This document shows, piece by piece, positions 9,097-20,683 of a stretch of 64,000 nucleotides of DNA. The first letter of the stretch is position 1; each line of letters begins with the position of its first letter. Position numbers and translations under genes: made by a program. The notes under the pieces were generated by a model. The model worked only from the letters and a program-made list of their open reading frames with translations. It did not search any database and was not told the origin of the DNA. The stretch is from assembly GCA_046262455.1 (NCBI GenBank), contig JBHEMS010000021.1:38429-102428 (forward strand). Direction: 5' to 3'. The DNA is from Candidatus Dormibacteria bacterium (GTDB taxonomy: Bacteria; Chloroflexota; Dormibacteria; DASZGP01).

Positions 9097-10110
9097 ATGG
9101 CCATGACGATCTCCGACCTGCTGCGGCCGGGCCTCACCGAGCGGGTGGCCTCCTCCCGGCTGACCGCTGTGAGCGTCGCCGTGGTACGCGGAACGGATGT
9201 GCGCGCCGAGGTCGTCGGGAGCTCTCCGGCGACGGAAGGCTCCGGGCAGACGACCGACCTGCGCCCCGCGTTCAGCTTCACCAAGACATACCTCGCGGCC
9301 GCGGCCTGCCTGCTGGCCCACGAGGGCGTGCTTGACCTCGATGCCCCGGTGGCGGCGTGGGTCCCGGAGTCCTCCCTCGGCGACGACGTCACGCTGCGCA
9401 GGCTCCTCAACCACACCGCCGGCGTCCCGGACTATGGCGCGCTACGGGAATACCACCAGGCGGTGGCAGCCCACCCGGGCGAGCCATGGTCCGAGGGCGA
9501 GTTCATGGCGGTGGCGCGACATGCCGCGCTGTTCCCGCCGGGGCGGGGCTGGGCGTATTCCAACACCGGCTACTTCCTGGTCCGCCTGGCCATTGAGCGC
9601 GCCACCGGGGGCGACCTTGCGCATGCCCTGCAGCGCCTGGTCTTCGGGCCCCTTGGACTGCACGCGACCTCGGTGCTGGCGACCGCCGATGACATGCGCG
9701 CCCTTGCCGCCGCCCCGAGCCGCGACCGGTACCACCCCGGCTGGGTGGCGACGGGCTGCGTGGCCACCACCAGCGCCGAGGCAGCCCGCTTCCTGGACGA
9801 CCTGTTGGAAGGGCGCCTGCTCCCTGCGGCCTGGGTGGAGGAGATGCGCGTTGCGATCCCGGTACCGAACGCCGGGCGTGGTCACCTGCCGTCGTACGGG
9901 TTGGGGCTGATGATCGACCGCGGGTTCCCCGCGGGCACCATGCTTGGACACACCGGCGGGGGGCCGGGCTACAGTGCCGCCGTCTATCGCCTGGAACGGG
10001 GGTCCGGGGAAAGAGTGACCGTCGGGGTCATGGCCAGCGACGAGGACGGCCTGGCCACCGAGCAGCTGGCCCACGAGATCGCGTCCGACCTGAGCACGAG
10101 TGCGGTCTAG
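9097..10110 (+). CDS. Serine hydrolase / beta-lactamase-family protein
   Basis: 337 aa with the S-F-T-K active-site motif (SxxK) near the N-terminus and class-C/esterase-like overall similarity (...LLNHTAGVPDY..., ...HTGGGPGYSA...). Confidence 0.75.
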   Translation: MAMTISDLLRPGLTERVASSRLTAVSVAVVRGTDVRAEVVGSSPATEGSGQTTDLRPAFSFTKTYLAAAACLLAHEGVLDLDAPVAAWVPESSLGDDVTLRRLLNHTAGVPDYGALREYHQAVAAHPGEPWSEGEFMAVARHAALFPPGRGWAYSNTGYFLVRLAIERATGGDLAHALQRLVFGPLGLHATSVLATADDMRALAAAPSRDRYHPGWVATGCVATTSAEAARFLDDLLEGRLLPAAWVEEMRVAIPVPNAGRGHLPSYGLGLMIDRGFPAGTMLGHTGGGPGYSAAVYRLERGSGERVTVGVMASDEDGLATEQLAHEIASDLSTSAV

Positions 10111-10122
10111 CTTCCCTTCCGG

Positions 10123-10746
10123 TCACTGACGGGGCGTCGGCCCGTCCGAGGGCGGCACGATCGGTACCCCGAGGGCCTCCGCGGCCTGGCGATACTGCTC
10201 CATGGCGGTCTTGGCGACCAGCTCCGGGAAGCGCGGGGAGTCGGAGCAGTTGGTCACCTCGAACGCATACTGCGCCACCAGGAACCACTCGCCCTGGCAG
10301 AAGACCTGGCGCGACCCGGCACGCGTGTGGCCGAAGAAGGTGAACGCGGTGCCGCCGGGGACATGGACGTCCGGGTACGTACTTACCCCCGCGCCGCGCC
10401 GCACCTGCTGGATCTCGAACTTGATGAAGTCGTCGGCGTGGACCGGGTCCTGGAAGACCAGGGCGATGACCTCAAGGTCCTCGGGGCCCGAGACCCAGTT
10501 GCGCGCCCACCCCGTCCGGAAGCCATCACCCTGGAGTTGCGATGTGGTCTTTTTGGGGTCAGCGGGGGTGGAGGTGGAGGCGGAATCCGCGGTGAGCTCG
10601 GCGTTGAGGTGCTGCGTGAACCCGCTCGGCGGGGCAGACACCACCAGCTCGCCGACCCTGCCGGCGGGTGACAGGCCGCTGGTCCCGCCGGAGCAGGCGC
10701 TGAGGGCACAGGCCATCACGACCGCCAGCGCGACCGACCTGGCCAT
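10123..10746 (-). CDS. Lipoprotein of unknown function
   Basis: Likely start MARSVALAVVMACALSACSGG, with an L-S-A-C lipobox. The ORF-track start at 10797 overlaps the HD-domain gene. Confidence 0.5.
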   Translation of the reverse strand: MARSVALAVVMACALSACSGGTSGLSPAGRVGELVVSAPPSGFTQHLNAELTADSASTSTPADPKKTTSQLQGDGFRTGWARNWVSGPEDLEVIALVFQDPVHADDFIKFEIQQVRRGAGVSTYPDVHVPGGTAFTFFGHTRAGSRQVFCQGEWFLVAQYAFEVTNCSDSPRFPELVAKTAMEQYRQAAEALGVPIVPPSDGPTPRQ

Positions 10747-11345
10747 TACAGGCCAGAGGCGGTCAAACCGATGCTCGGCGCGACGCGACTCAAACATTCC
10801 ACGATGAACCGGATGTGGTCATCAGGGTCCACGCTCAGCTCGCGCCAGCCCTTCTCGACATCGTCCCGGGAGACGTTGCGGGCGAAACCCTTGTCCTTGA
10901 GCTTCTTGTGCACCGAGCGGGGCTCCACCATGGTCAGGTCGCGGCCCTTGACCATGGCCACCGCCATGATGAACCCAGAGAGCTCGTCGCAGGAGAACAG
11001 TGAGTGTTCCATGAGGTTCTCGCGCAGCACCCCGACATGGTCGTTGTGGGACTCGACGGCGTGGATCATGACGTCCGGCCAGCCAGACTCGCGCAGCATC
11101 CGGCCGCCGGCCAGGCCGTGCTCCAGCGGGTCGGGGTGCTTCTCGTAGTCGAAGTCGTGGATCAGGCCGACGATGCCCCAGAGCTCCTCGTCCTCCCCCG
11201 CCGTCCGGGCCAGGCCGCGCATCGCCGACTCCACCGCCAGCCCGTGCTTGCGCAAGCCGTCCGACTGGGTGTGCTCGCACAGCAGGTTCCACGCCGCCTC
11301 ACGGTCGTGCGGACCGCCCTGCTCCCACGACTTCGACTCCGTCAC
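10746..11345 (-). CDS. HD-domain phosphohydrolase
   Basis: ...LWGIVGLIHDFDYEKHPD...HAVESHNDH...: HD motif. GTG start at 11345 overlaps the upstream stop (GTGA). Confidence 0.7.
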   Translation of the reverse strand: MTESKSWEQGGPHDREAAWNLLCEHTQSDGLRKHGLAVESAMRGLARTAGEDEELWGIVGLIHDFDYEKHPDPLEHGLAGGRMLRESGWPDVMIHAVESHNDHVGVLRENLMEHSLFSCDELSGFIMAVAMVKGRDLTMVEPRSVHKKLKDKGFARNVSRDDVEKGWRELSVDPDDHIRFIVECLSRVAPSIGLTASGL

Positions 11346-11980
11346 TCAGCACCTCCTCTCCGGACCAGCGCCTTCTCTCGCGCCAGCAGGTGATCGTAGA
11401 TGAGCTGGCTCCACGACTCCATGTCGAGGTAGTAGATCTTCATCTCCTCCAGCGTCAGCAGCTCGCCGTCGAGCTTGCCCGTCTCGCGGATAGAGATATC
11501 CGGCTGGTTGCCGATGACCTCAAAGACCACCGCCAGGTGGACCCGGCTGACGTCGTTGCTGTCGTCGTTGAGCAGCCCGATCATGCGGTGCGTCCAGGTG
11601 CCCTCGTAGACCACCTCCTCCTCGAACTCCCGGCGCAGCCCCTCGATGACCGGGTCGGCCCCAGGGCGATCCGAGATGTCCTCCCTGTTGATGTGGCCGC
11701 CGACACCCAGCGAGTAGAGATGGCGCAGGCGCTTCTCGGAACTCTCCTTGAGGCGCCGCGTCAGGAAGTAGCGGTCGGCGTGGCGGAACACAACGTAGGG
11801 GATGACCTGCTGGAAGGCGGGGTCCTCCTCGACGTCACCGCGCCGCCGAAACTCGAATTTCGAAGAGATGATCTCCAGGTAACGGTCGAGGTCGGTGTCG
11901 ATGAATCCGTGCCATGCACCGTCAGGGAAAACGGTCTCGCGGGGGACCACCAAAACGTCCTCGGACTTCCAGGACGGCAT
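11342..11980 (-). CDS. Nudix-like hydrolase (non-canonical Nudix box)
   Basis: Real start MPSWKSEDVLVVPRE at the ATG at 11980. The ORF-track extension to 12307 overlaps the FAH gene. ...LGVGGHINREDISDRPGADPVIEGLRREFEEEVVYEG... resembles the G-x5-E...RE-U-x-EE-x-G-U Nudix box with an elongated loop. Confidence 0.45.
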   Translation of the reverse strand: MPSWKSEDVLVVPRETVFPDGAWHGFIDTDLDRYLEIISSKFEFRRRGDVEEDPAFQQVIPYVVFRHADRYFLTRRLKESSEKRLRHLYSLGVGGHINREDISDRPGADPVIEGLRREFEEEVVYEGTWTHRMIGLLNDDSNDVSRVHLAVVFEVIGNQPDISIRETGKLDGELLTLEEMKIYYLDMESWSQLIYDHLLAREKALVRRGGAE

Positions 11981-12003
11981 CAGTACGCCCGCGTGCGCTG
12001 CAT

Positions 12004-12621
12004 CTAGCGGACGGTGTTCCGGAGTACGCCGATGCCCTCCACCTCGACCTCCATGAGGTCCCCGCGCTGCACCGCACTGACGCCGGGCGGCGTCCCGGTC
12101 AGGATCACGTCGCCGGCTTCGAGCGTCATCACCGAACTGATGTAGCTGATCAGCCGTGGCACCGGGAACAGCATGTCCGCGGTGTTCCCGTCCTGACGAA
12201 GCTCGCCGTTGACCCGCATTTTGACGCGGGCATGGGCGGGATCGATTCCCGCCACAACGGTGGGACCCAGTGGACAGAAGGTGTCGAAGCCCTTGGCCCG
12301 CGTCCACTGGTCGTCGCGCTCCTGGAGGTCGCGCGCGGTGATGTCGTTGGCGCAGGTGAACCCGTGCACAAACTGCAAAGCGTCATTCTCGGCAACGTTC
12401 TTGCAGCGGCGGCCGATGACCACCGCCAGCTCGGCTTCGTGGTGCAGGTTCTCGGTCTGGGGCGGGTAGATGACGTCGTCACCGTCGTCGACGATGGCCG
12501 AGACGGGCTTGAGAAAAAGGAGAGGTTCCGACGGCACGTCGTGGCCCAACTCCTGGGCATGCGCCACGTAGTTCCGGCCGACGGCAACGATCTTGCTCGG
12601 CCTGGGCTCCAGCATCGCCAC
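12004..12621 (-). CDS. Fumarylacetoacetate hydrolase (FAH) family protein
   Basis: MAMLEPRPSKIVAVGRNYVAHAQELG...LFLKP...NDITARDLQ...FDTFCPLGP...: typical FAH-fold signatures (2-keto-4-pentenoate hydratase/HpaG-like). Confidence 0.8.
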   Translation of the reverse strand: MAMLEPRPSKIVAVGRNYVAHAQELGHDVPSEPLLFLKPVSAIVDDGDDVIYPPQTENLHHEAELAVVIGRRCKNVAENDALQFVHGFTCANDITARDLQERDDQWTRAKGFDTFCPLGPTVVAGIDPAHARVKMRVNGELRQDGNTADMLFPVPRLISYISSVMTLEAGDVILTGTPPGVSAVQRGDLMEVEVEGIGVLRNTVR

Positions 12622-12650
12622 AGTCTAGTGCCGCCCGTCCGGGCCGATTG

Positions 12651-14258
12651 TCAGCCCTGTGATGCCTGGCGCCGTGACGCTGCCCCGTCCACCAGCTGGC
12701 CCTTGACCAGGCCGTACTCGAACGCATCCGCGAGGGCCAACCAGGAGGCCTCGATGATGTTGGTGCTGCACCCCACGGTGCTCCAGCGGCGGTGGTGGTC
12801 GCCCGATTCGATCAGCACCCGGACCCCGGCCGCGGTGGCATCGGACCCGTTGATCACGCGGACCTTGTAGTCGTGGAGGCGGATGGCGTCGATCTCGGGG
12901 TAGTGCGGCAGGAGCGCCTTGCGGAGGGCCGCGTCAAGGGCGTTGACCGGGCCGTTGCCCTCGCCGGCGGTGTGCATCACCTGGTCGGCGACGCGGATCT
13001 TCACGGTGGCCTCGGAGACCATGGCGTTGCCCTCTCGCTGCTCCACCAGCGCGATCATGTCGATCAGCTCGAAGCTGGCCTTCTGCCCGCGGGCCCGGTG
13101 AACCACCATCTCGAATGAGGCGTCCGCGCCCTCGAACGAGTAGCCGCGGTGCTCGAGCCGCTTGACCTCGTCCGCCAGCGCGCGCGCGAAGTCCTTGTCG
13201 CCCTCGAGGTCGATGCCGAACTCGGTGGCCTTGAACATCACGTTGCTGCGCCCAGCCTGGTCCGAGACCACGATCCGGCTGCGGTTGCCGACCACCGCGG
13301 GGTCGATGTGCTGGTAGGTGTAGGCCGCCTTCATCATGGCATCGACGTGCTGCCCGCCCTTGTGGGTGAAGGACCCCTCGCCGACGAACGGGGCGAAGGG
13401 GTTCGGCGCCTGGTTGGCGATCTCGTCGATGTACTGGGAGGTCTCGGTGAGCCTGTGGAGGCTCTCCTCGGGGACGACCGCGTAGCCCATCTTGAGCTGG
13501 AGGTTGGGGATCACGGTCGTCATGTTGGCGTTGCCGGCGCGCTCGCCGTAGCCGTTCATGCAACCCTGCACCTGCGTCGCACCGGCACGCACCGCGGCCA
13601 GCGTGTTGGCCACTCCGACGCCACAGTCGTCGTGGCAGTGAATCCCCACCACGGGGCCGAAACGCGCCACCACCACCGCCACGACCTCAGCCACTGTTTC
13701 GGGCAGGTTGCCCCCGTTGGTGTCGCAAAGGACCACGCGCTCCGCCCCGCCCTGCACCGCGGCGTCCAGGCACCTCAGCGCGTAGTCGGGGTTCGACCTG
13801 TAGCCGTCGAAGAAGTGCTCGGCGTCGTACATCGCGACCCGGCCCTGGTCGACCAAAAAGGCCATGGAATCGGCGATCATCGCGAGGTTCTCGTCCAGGG
13901 TGGCCCGGATGACGTCCTTGACCTGGCGGTCCCAGCTCTTGCCGACGAGGGTGACCACGGGCGTTTCCGCGTCGACCAGCTGGCGCATCTGCAGGTCGTC
14001 CGCGGCCGCGACCCCGGGACGCCGGGTGGCGCCGAATGCCGTCAGCCGAGCGTGGCGCAGGGCGGTGGTCTTCATCTCCGCGAAGAACTCGGAATCCTTG
14101 GGGTTGGAACCGGGCCAGCCGCCTTCGATGTATGCCACGCCGAGTTCGTCCAGCTTGGTCGCGATACGGAGCTTGTCGGATACCGAGAAGGAGATGCCCG
14201 GGCCCTGCGCGCCGTCCCGCAGCGTCACGTCGTAGAGCTCGACGGTCGGTCGGCTCAC
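12651..14258 (-). CDS. cimA: (R)-citramalate synthase (LeuA-related CimA family)
   Basis: [59 protein letters not shown]...: CimA-type N-terminus. 535 aa with a LeuA-dimer-like C-terminal regulatory domain. A distinct leuA paralog lies in the same operon. Confidence 0.75.
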   Translation of the reverse strand: MSRPTVELYDVTLRDGAQGPGISFSVSDKLRIATKLDELGVAYIEGGWPGSNPKDSEFFAEMKTTALRHARLTAFGATRRPGVAAADDLQMRQLVDAETPVVTLVGKSWDRQVKDVIRATLDENLAMIADSMAFLVDQGRVAMYDAEHFFDGYRSNPDYALRCLDAAVQGGAERVVLCDTNGGNLPETVAEVVAVVVARFGPVVGIHCHDDCGVGVANTLAAVRAGATQVQGCMNGYGERAGNANMTTVIPNLQLKMGYAVVPEESLHRLTETSQYIDEIANQAPNPFAPFVGEGSFTHKGGQHVDAMMKAAYTYQHIDPAVVGNRSRIVVSDQAGRSNVMFKATEFGIDLEGDKDFARALADEVKRLEHRGYSFEGADASFEMVVHRARGQKASFELIDMIALVEQREGNAMVSEATVKIRVADQVMHTAGEGNGPVNALDAALRKALLPHYPEIDAIRLHDYKVRVINGSDATAAGVRVLIESGDHHRRWSTVGCSTNIIEASWLALADAFEYGLVKGQLVDGAASRRQASQG

Positions 14259-15352
14259 GCGCCCGCCGCCACAGGCTGTAGACGCTCGACGAGGGCGCTC
14301 ATGACCGCCGCCGCGACGTCGGCCGTCGAGGCGGAGCCGCCGAGGTCGAGGGTCAGAATACCGGCCTCCACGACATCATCGACGGCGCCCTCGACCGCCT
14401 CCGCGGCCCCGGCCATGTCCAGGGACGAGCGCAGCATCATCGCCACGCAGAGGATGCTGCCCAGCGGGTTGGCCGTGCCCTGCCCGGCGATGTCCGGCGC
14501 GCTGCCGTGGATCGGCTCGTAGAGGCCGGTGGTGTTGGGCTCGCCAAGGCTCGCCGAGGGCAGCATCCCCAGCGACCCCGTGAGCATCGCCGCCTCATCC
14601 GTGAGGATGTCCCCGAAGAGGTTCTCGGTGACCACGACGTCGAAGTCCCGCGGGGCCCGGATCAGTCTCATGGCGCAGGCATCCACCAGCTGGTGCTCGA
14701 GCTCGACGTCCGGGTACTCCGCCGCGAGCTCGCTGACCACGTCACGCCACAGTCGCGAGCTGACCAGCACGTTCTGCTTGTCGACCGAGGTGAGCTTGCG
14801 CCGCCGACCCCGGGCCAGCTCGAATGCCACCCGGGCCACCCGCTCGATCTCGGCACGGGTGTACACCATGCTGTCGCGCGCGGTCTCCGAGGGGCCCGAC
14901 CCCTCGCGCCCTCGCGGCTGACCGAAGTAGACCCCCCCGGTCAGCTCGCGCACCACCAGCATGTCGACGCCCTCGATGACCTCGGGCTTGAGCGTCGAGC
15001 GCTGCGCCAGCGCGGGGTGCACTCGGACCGGGCGCAGGTTGGCGAAGACCCCCAGCTCCCGGCGCAGCCGCAGGAGGCCGGACTCGCAGCGCATCTCCCC
15101 GGTGAGGTGGTCCCACGGCGGGCCGCCCACCGCCCCCAGCAGGACGGCATCGGCCCTCTGGCAGATGGCCACGGTCTCCTCGGACAGTGGAGTGCCCTCG
15201 GCCTCGATCGCCACGCCGCCGATCAGCCTGCTCTCGATGACCAGCTCCGCCCCGGTAATCGCGGATACACGCTCAAGCACGGCGAGGGCATGCTCGGTCA
15301 CCTCCGGCCCGATGCCATCGCCGGGAAGGACAACCACACAGCGCGGATCCAT
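14255..15352 (-). CDS. leuB: 3-isopropylmalate dehydrogenase
   Basis: [26 protein letters not shown]...; full-length isocitrate/isopropylmalate dehydrogenase family; operon context. Confidence 0.9.
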   Translation of the reverse strand: MDPRCVVVLPGDGIGPEVTEHALAVLERVSAITGAELVIESRLIGGVAIEAEGTPLSEETVAICQRADAVLLGAVGGPPWDHLTGEMRCESGLLRLRRELGVFANLRPVRVHPALAQRSTLKPEVIEGVDMLVVRELTGGVYFGQPRGREGSGPSETARDSMVYTRAEIERVARVAFELARGRRRKLTSVDKQNVLVSSRLWRDVVSELAAEYPDVELEHQLVDACAMRLIRAPRDFDVVVTENLFGDILTDEAAMLTGSLGMLPSASLGEPNTTGLYEPIHGSAPDIAGQGTANPLGSILCVAMMLRSSLDMAGAAEAVEGAVDDVVEAGILTLDLGGSASTADVAAAVMSALVERLQPVAAGA

Positions 15353-15990
15353 CAGCGGCTCACCACGGGGAGCGGCTCGGGTCCGCGCGCGAGGTTCGGC
15401 AGCCAGGCCGGGCGGGCGGCCTCGAACTCCGAGATGACGGCCTCGTTGTGCAGGGTGAGCCCGATGTCGTCCAGGCCTTCGAGCAGGCAGTGGCGCGCGA
15501 AGTCGTCGACCTCGAAGCTGTAGGTCAACTCCTCGAGGCGCACGGTGCGTGACTCGAGGTCGACTGTCATCTCAACCCCGGGCGCCTCCTCGGCGCGGCT
15601 GGCCAGGATGGCAACGGCCTCCTCCGGTAGCTGCACTGGGAGCAGCCCTTCCTTGACGGCGTTGCCGCGAAAGATGTCCGCAAAGGAGGGCGCGATGACC
15701 GCGCGGACGCCGAAGTTGTCGAGCGCCCAGACCGCGTGCTCGCGGCTCGAGCCGGAGCCGAAGTTGCGGCCGCCCACGATGATTCGGGCCGCGCGAAAGG
15801 CCTCGCGGTTGAGGATGAAGTCCGGCTTCTCGTTGCCGGCCTCGTCGTAGCGCCAGTCGTTGAAGAGGAAGGGGCCGTATCCGGTGCGTTCGACGCGCTT
15901 GAGGAACTGCTTGGGGATGATCTGGTCGGTGTCGATGTTGGCCCGCATCAGCGGCGCGACCACCCCGGTCTCTTTGCGGAAGGGCCTCAC
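15352..15990 (-). CDS. leuD: 3-isopropylmalate dehydratase small subunit
   Basis: ...[24 protein letters not shown]...[13 protein letters not shown]...; LeuD signature. Confidence 0.9.
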   Translation of the reverse strand: MRPFRKETGVVAPLMRANIDTDQIIPKQFLKRVERTGYGPFLFNDWRYDEAGNEKPDFILNREAFRAARIIVGGRNFGSGSSREHAVWALDNFGVRAVIAPSFADIFRGNAVKEGLLPVQLPEEAVAILASRAEEAPGVEMTVDLESRTVRLEELTYSFEVDDFARHCLLEGLDDIGLTLHNEAVISEFEAARPAWLPNLARGPEPLPVVSR

Positions 15991-17399
15991 GCCGGCACCA
16001 GCCCGGCGAGCCGCCGGACGTCGACGAAGTGGCCCTCGAGTGCCGCCGCGGCGGCCATCGCGGGGCTGACGAGGTGGGTCCGCCCTCCCCTCCCCTGGCG
16101 TCCCTCGAAGTTACGGTTGGAGGTCGAGGCGCAGCGCTCGCCCGGCTCCAACGTGTCGGGGTTCATGCCCAGGCACATCGAGCAGCCGGCGTCGCGCCAC
16201 TCGAAGCCCGCCGCGGAGAAGACCCGGTCGAGACCCTCGGCCTCGGCCTGCAGCTTCACCTGCGCCGAACCCGGCACAACCATCGCGCTCACCCCCGGGG
16301 CCACACGCCGGCCATCCACGACCAGCGCGGCCGCGCGCAGGTCCTCAATGCGCGCGTTGGTGCAGCTGCCGATGAAGACGCGGTCCAGGCGGATGTCCTC
16401 GATGGCGGTTCCCGCGGCCAGGCCCATGTACTCCAGCGCCCGCGCCGCTGCCTCCCGCTCCGATGCCTCCGCGAAACTGTCGGGGTCGGGCACCATCGCG
16501 TCGACCGCGACGGACTGGGCGGGGTTGGTGCCCCAGGTGACGTAGGGCACCAGGTCCGCGGCGTCGATGCTGAGGCTGCGGTCGAACATCGCCCCCTCGT
16601 CGGTGCGCAGGGTGCGCCAGTGAGCCACTGCAGCCTCCCAGTCGGCGCCCGTGGGCGCATATGGCCTTTCTTCGAGGTAGTCGAAGGTCGTCTGGTCGGG
16701 CGCGATCAGCCCGGCCCGGCCGCCGCCCTCGATGGTCATGTTGCAGACGCTCATCCGCTGCTCCATGGACATCCTCTCGAAGGTGGTGCCCCGGTACTCC
16801 AGGACGTACCCCGTGCCGCCGTCCACGCCGATGCGCCTCAGGATTCCCAGGACCACGTCCTTGGCGGTGACCCCCACGGGAAGCTCACCGTCAACGCGGA
16901 CCTCGAAGGACTTCGGCTTGGTTAGCCGCAGCGTCTGGGTGGCCAGGACGTGTTCGACCTCCGAGGTGCCGATCCCCAGCGCGAACGCCCCAAACGCGCC
17001 ATGGGTCGACGTGTGGCTGTCACCGCAGGCGATGACCGTCCCCGGCAGCGTCAGGCCCAGTTCTGGGCCGATGATGTGGACGATCCCCTGGAAGCGATGG
17101 CCGAGGCCGAAGCAGGTCACGCCAAAGTCCTCGCAGTTCTGGCGCAGGACCTCCATCTGCCTGCGGCTGATCTCCGGCGCGGCGGCGATGCCGCCGGTGG
17201 TCGGCACGTTGTGGTCCATGGTCGCCACCGTCTGGCCCGGCCGGCGCACCGTGCGTCCCTGTAGCCGTAGCCCCTCGAACGCCTGCGGCGACGTCACCTC
17301 GTGCACCAGGTGGAGGTCGACGTAGAGCAGCGATGGCTCGCCGGGCGCCTCGTGGACCAGGTGCGCGTCCCACACCTTGTCAAAGAGGGTCTGGGGCAT
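15987..17399 (-). CDS. leuC: 3-isopropylmalate dehydratase large subunit
   Basis: [45 protein letters not shown]...[11 protein letters not shown]...; aconitase-family LeuC. Confidence 0.9.
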   Translation of the reverse strand: MPQTLFDKVWDAHLVHEAPGEPSLLYVDLHLVHEVTSPQAFEGLRLQGRTVRRPGQTVATMDHNVPTTGGIAAAPEISRRQMEVLRQNCEDFGVTCFGLGHRFQGIVHIIGPELGLTLPGTVIACGDSHTSTHGAFGAFALGIGTSEVEHVLATQTLRLTKPKSFEVRVDGELPVGVTAKDVVLGILRRIGVDGGTGYVLEYRGTTFERMSMEQRMSVCNMTIEGGGRAGLIAPDQTTFDYLEERPYAPTGADWEAAVAHWRTLRTDEGAMFDRSLSIDAADLVPYVTWGTNPAQSVAVDAMVPDPDSFAEASEREAAARALEYMGLAAGTAIEDIRLDRVFIGSCTNARIEDLRAAALVVDGRRVAPGVSAMVVPGSAQVKLQAEAEGLDRVFSAAGFEWRDAGCSMCLGMNPDTLEPGERCASTSNRNFEGRQGRGGRTHLVSPAMAAAAALEGHFVDVRRLAGLVPA

Positions 17400-19048
17400 C
17401 AGGGGGTGCCGGCCCGTGCCGGTACCGGCGCCGCGCTGGAGGTCTCCGGGGTCATCTTCTTGATGTCACCCAGCTCGACGAGCTTGTTGAGGGCGTTGAG
17501 GTAGGCCCTGGCGGCAGCCACCAGGATGTCGGTATCGGCGCCGTGCCCCGAGGCGATGTGGGGTCCGCGCCTGACGCGCACGTTGACCTCGCCGAGGGCC
17601 GCGATTCCCTCGGTCACCTCCTGGACGCGGAACTCCTTGAGCTCACACTCCAGGCGAACGACGTTGTTGATGGCGTGGTAGGCGGCGTCCACCGGCCCGT
17701 CGCCAAGCGCCGCCGACTCCTCGACATCACCACCCTCGACCGCGATGCGCACTGAGGCGGTGGGCTTCATCCCGGTGCCGCTGGAGACCTGGAGGTGCTC
17801 GAGCCTGTACGTCTCGGTGGACATCCGCGCCTCGTCGGCGACGATCGACTCGAGGTCGCGGTCGGTGATCTCCTTCTTCTGGTCCGCGAGCTTCTTGAAG
17901 CGGGCAAACGCGCGTTTGAACTCGTCGTCGCCAAGCTCGAAACCCATCTCCGCGATGCGCACCTTGAAGGCGTGCCGGCCCGAGAGCTTGCCCAGCACCA
18001 GCTTGCCCTCCGCGCCGACGTCCTGGGCATCGATGATCTCGAAGGTGTGGGCGTTCTTGAGCACGCCGTCCTGGTGGATTCCGGAGGCGTGGGCGAAGGC
18101 GTTGGCGCCGGTGACCGCCTTGTTGGGCTGCACCATCATCCCAGTGAGCTGACTGACGAGACGGCTGGTCCGGTAGATCTGCGAGTGGTCGACCTGGGTC
18201 CAGACCCTGTAGACATCGGGCCGGATGCGGACCGCCGTGGTGAGCTCTTCGATGGCCGCGTTGCCCGCCCTCTCACCGATCCCGTTGATGCAGCCCTCGA
18301 CCTGGCGCGCGCCGGCGCGCACGGCGGCCAGCGAGTTGGCCACCGCCATGCCGAGGTCGTCGTGACAGTGAACGGACAGAACCACGTTGCCCAGGGTTGG
18401 GACGCGGCCGTAGAGCCAGGTCATCAGGTCCGCCCACTCCTGGGGGTCGGCGTACCCCACGGTGTCGGGCACGTTGATCGTCGTGGCACCGGCGTCGATG
18501 GTGGCCGCGATGATGTCCGCGAGGTACTCCGGCTCGGTGCGGCTGGCGTCCATCGGCGAGAACTCGACGTCATCGGTGAACGTGCGGGCCAGCTGGACCG
18601 CCTCCACGGAACGGTCCAGGATGTCCTGCAGCTTGCGATCGGGGTTGGCCCAACTGACCATGTCGCGGTGCAGCGGCGACGTGCCGACGAAGGTGTGGAT
18701 CCGGGGGTGCCTGGCGGCCGAGATGGCCTCCGCCGCGGTGAGGATGTCCTGCTGCGGCCAGATCCGGGCCAGGCCGCAGACGGTGACGTTCTCGACCGCC
18801 TCGGCGATGGCGCTGACCGCGGTGAAGTCGCCCGGCGACGACGCCGGGAACCCCGCCTCGATGACGTCGACGCGCAGGCGCTCGAGCTGCTGGGCGACCT
18901 GCAGCTTGGCGTCGATATTCATGGCGGCGCCCGGTGACTGCTCGCCGTCGCGCAGGGTGGTGTCGAAGATGATCAGCTTGTCCTCGGGGGCGCCCGCGAC
19001 GGTGGTCACGGGCACGGGTACCTCGCGGTGGCCGTTCCCGTCGGTCAT
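17399..19048 (-). CDS. leuA: 2-isopropylmalate synthase
   Basis: ...[51 protein letters not shown]...[21 protein letters not shown]...; ATG at 19048 overlaps the ilvC stop (ATGA). Confidence 0.9.
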   Translation of the reverse strand: MTDGNGHREVPVPVTTVAGAPEDKLIIFDTTLRDGEQSPGAAMNIDAKLQVAQQLERLRVDVIEAGFPASSPGDFTAVSAIAEAVENVTVCGLARIWPQQDILTAAEAISAARHPRIHTFVGTSPLHRDMVSWANPDRKLQDILDRSVEAVQLARTFTDDVEFSPMDASRTEPEYLADIIAATIDAGATTINVPDTVGYADPQEWADLMTWLYGRVPTLGNVVLSVHCHDDLGMAVANSLAAVRAGARQVEGCINGIGERAGNAAIEELTTAVRIRPDVYRVWTQVDHSQIYRTSRLVSQLTGMMVQPNKAVTGANAFAHASGIHQDGVLKNAHTFEIIDAQDVGAEGKLVLGKLSGRHAFKVRIAEMGFELGDDEFKRAFARFKKLADQKKEITDRDLESIVADEARMSTETYRLEHLQVSSGTGMKPTASVRIAVEGGDVEESAALGDGPVDAAYHAINNVVRLECELKEFRVQEVTEGIAALGEVNVRVRRGPHIASGHGADTDILVAAARAYLNALNKLVELGDIKKMTPETSSAAPVPARAGTP

Positions 19049-20079
19049 GACTTGACCTTCTCGGTGATGTCCGGGGCGGTCCTGGCGCCGAGCCAGCTCA
19101 TCCTGGAACGGAGTTCAGAGCCCACCTCCTCGAGCTGGCTGTGCTGGTCGGCCTGTTTGAACTCCACGAAATTGGGGCGGCCGTTGGCGTTCTCGGCGAT
19201 CCAGTTCTTCGCGAACGTGCCGTCCTGGATCTCGGCCAGGATCTTCTTCATGGTCTCCCGGGTCTGGGTGTTGACCACCCGCGGGCCGCTGACGTAGTCG
19301 CCGAACTCAGCGGTGTCGCTCACCGAGTACCGCATGTAGTTGAGCCCGCCCTGGTACATGAGGTCAACGATCAGCTTCAGCTCGTGCATGCACTCGAAGT
19401 AGGCGACCTCCGGCTGGTACCCGGCCTCCACCAGCGTCTCGAAGCCCGCTTTGACCAGGCTCGACACACCACCGCAGAGGACCGCCTGCTCCCCGAAGAG
19501 GTCGGTCTCGGTCTCCTCTTTGAACGTCGTCTCGAGCACCCCCGCGCGGGTGCCGCCGATACCCTGCGCGTAGGCCAGGGTCCGGGCCCGCGCCTTCCCC
19601 GACGCGTCCTGGTGCACGGCCAGCAGGCAGGGGACGCCCTGCCCCGCGGCGTAGGTGCTGCGGACCAAATGGCCCGGCCCCTTGGGGGCGACCATGCTCA
19701 CATCCACCGACGCCGGCGGCTGGATCTGCTTGAAGTGGATGTTGAAGCCGTGGGCGAACATCAGCAGCGCGCCAGCCTTGAGGTTGGGCGCCACCGCCTG
19801 CTCGTAGAGGTCGGCCTGGGCGGTGTCGGGGACCAGGATCACGACCACGTCGGCGCCCTTGACGGCATCAGCGGGTTCCATCACCTCGAGGCCGGCCTCC
19901 TTGACGGCGGAGCGGCTGCGGCTCTGCCCAGGCAGCCCCACCACGACGTCATGCCCGGACTCCTTGAGGTTGATGGCGTGGGCGTGGCCCTGGGAGCCGA
20001 ACCCCAGGATGGCGATGCGCGCGCCGTCCAGGGCGGAGGCGTCGACGTCGGCGTCGTAGTACATGCGTGCAGATGCCAT
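19045..20079 (-). CDS. ilvC: Ketol-acid reductoisomerase (class I)
   Basis: ...[37 protein letters not shown]...; 344 aa. Confidence 0.92.
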   Translation of the reverse strand: MASARMYYDADVDASALDGARIAILGFGSQGHAHAINLKESGHDVVVGLPGQSRSRSAVKEAGLEVMEPADAVKGADVVVILVPDTAQADLYEQAVAPNLKAGALLMFAHGFNIHFKQIQPPASVDVSMVAPKGPGHLVRSTYAAGQGVPCLLAVHQDASGKARARTLAYAQGIGGTRAGVLETTFKEETETDLFGEQAVLCGGVSSLVKAGFETLVEAGYQPEVAYFECMHELKLIVDLMYQGGLNYMRYSVSDTAEFGDYVSGPRVVNTQTRETMKKILAEIQDGTFAKNWIAENANGRPNFVEFKQADQHSQLEEVGSELRSRMSWLGARTAPDITEKVKS

Positions 20080-20080
20080 T

Positions 20081-20683
20081 TCAGATATCCCCCGTCACGT
20101 CCGCCGCGGCGGCGCTGACCCTGGGACGAGGCGCCCGCGGCGCCGGCTCCTCGTCAACCTCGCGTTCATGCTCGCGCTCGACCAGGCGGAGGCGGGCGGT
20201 GTTGCCGCGCACCATCGCGACGGCGCCCGAGCGCGCCATCTCCTTGATTCCGTACGGCTGGACCAGGCTGGCGAAGTCGTCGATTTTCTCCGCCGGCCCC
20301 GTGAGCTCGACGATCAGGGTGCTGCTGGCGACGTCCACCACCCGGCCGTCGAACATTGCCACCAGGTCGAGGAGCTCGCGCCGGCTGCGCGCAGGCGCGT
20401 TGAGTTTGATCAGCACGAGTTCCTGGGCGACCACGCGCTCCGTGGTTATGTCGTCGATCTTGATCACATCGATCAGCTTGTAGAGCTGCTTCATCGCCTG
20501 CTCCGCCTGCTGCTTGCCGACGTGCACGGTGATCGTCATCCGGCTGACGCTGTCGTCATCCGTCGGACCGACCGACAGGGAGTCGATGTTGAAACCGCGT
20601 CGCCGGATCATCGACGCCACGCGCTGGAGCACCCCGGGCTTGTTCTCGACCAGGACGGAGAGCAGACGGGCCTGTGTGTTCAT
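20081..20683 (-). CDS. ilvN: Acetolactate synthase small (regulatory) subunit
   Basis: [43 protein letters not shown]...: ACT domain. About 30-aa C-terminal extension. Confidence 0.88.
   Translation of the reverse strand: MNTQARLLSVLVENKPGVLQRVASMIRRRGFNIDSLSVGPTDDDSVSRMTITVHVGKQQAEQAMKQLYKLIDVIKIDDITTERVVAQELVLIKLNAPARSRRELLDLVAMFDGRVVDVASSTLIVELTGPAEKIDDFASLVQPYGIKEMARSGAVAMVRGNTARLRLVEREHEREVDEEPAPRAPRPRVSAAAADVTGDI

Noticed and set aside
11342-11980. Canonical Nudix box in the 212-aa protein
   Set aside because: The G-x5-E and RE-F-EEE elements are present, but the spacing between them is about 14 residues rather than 7. It is kept as Nudix-like at low confidence rather than called a bona fide Nudix hydrolase.
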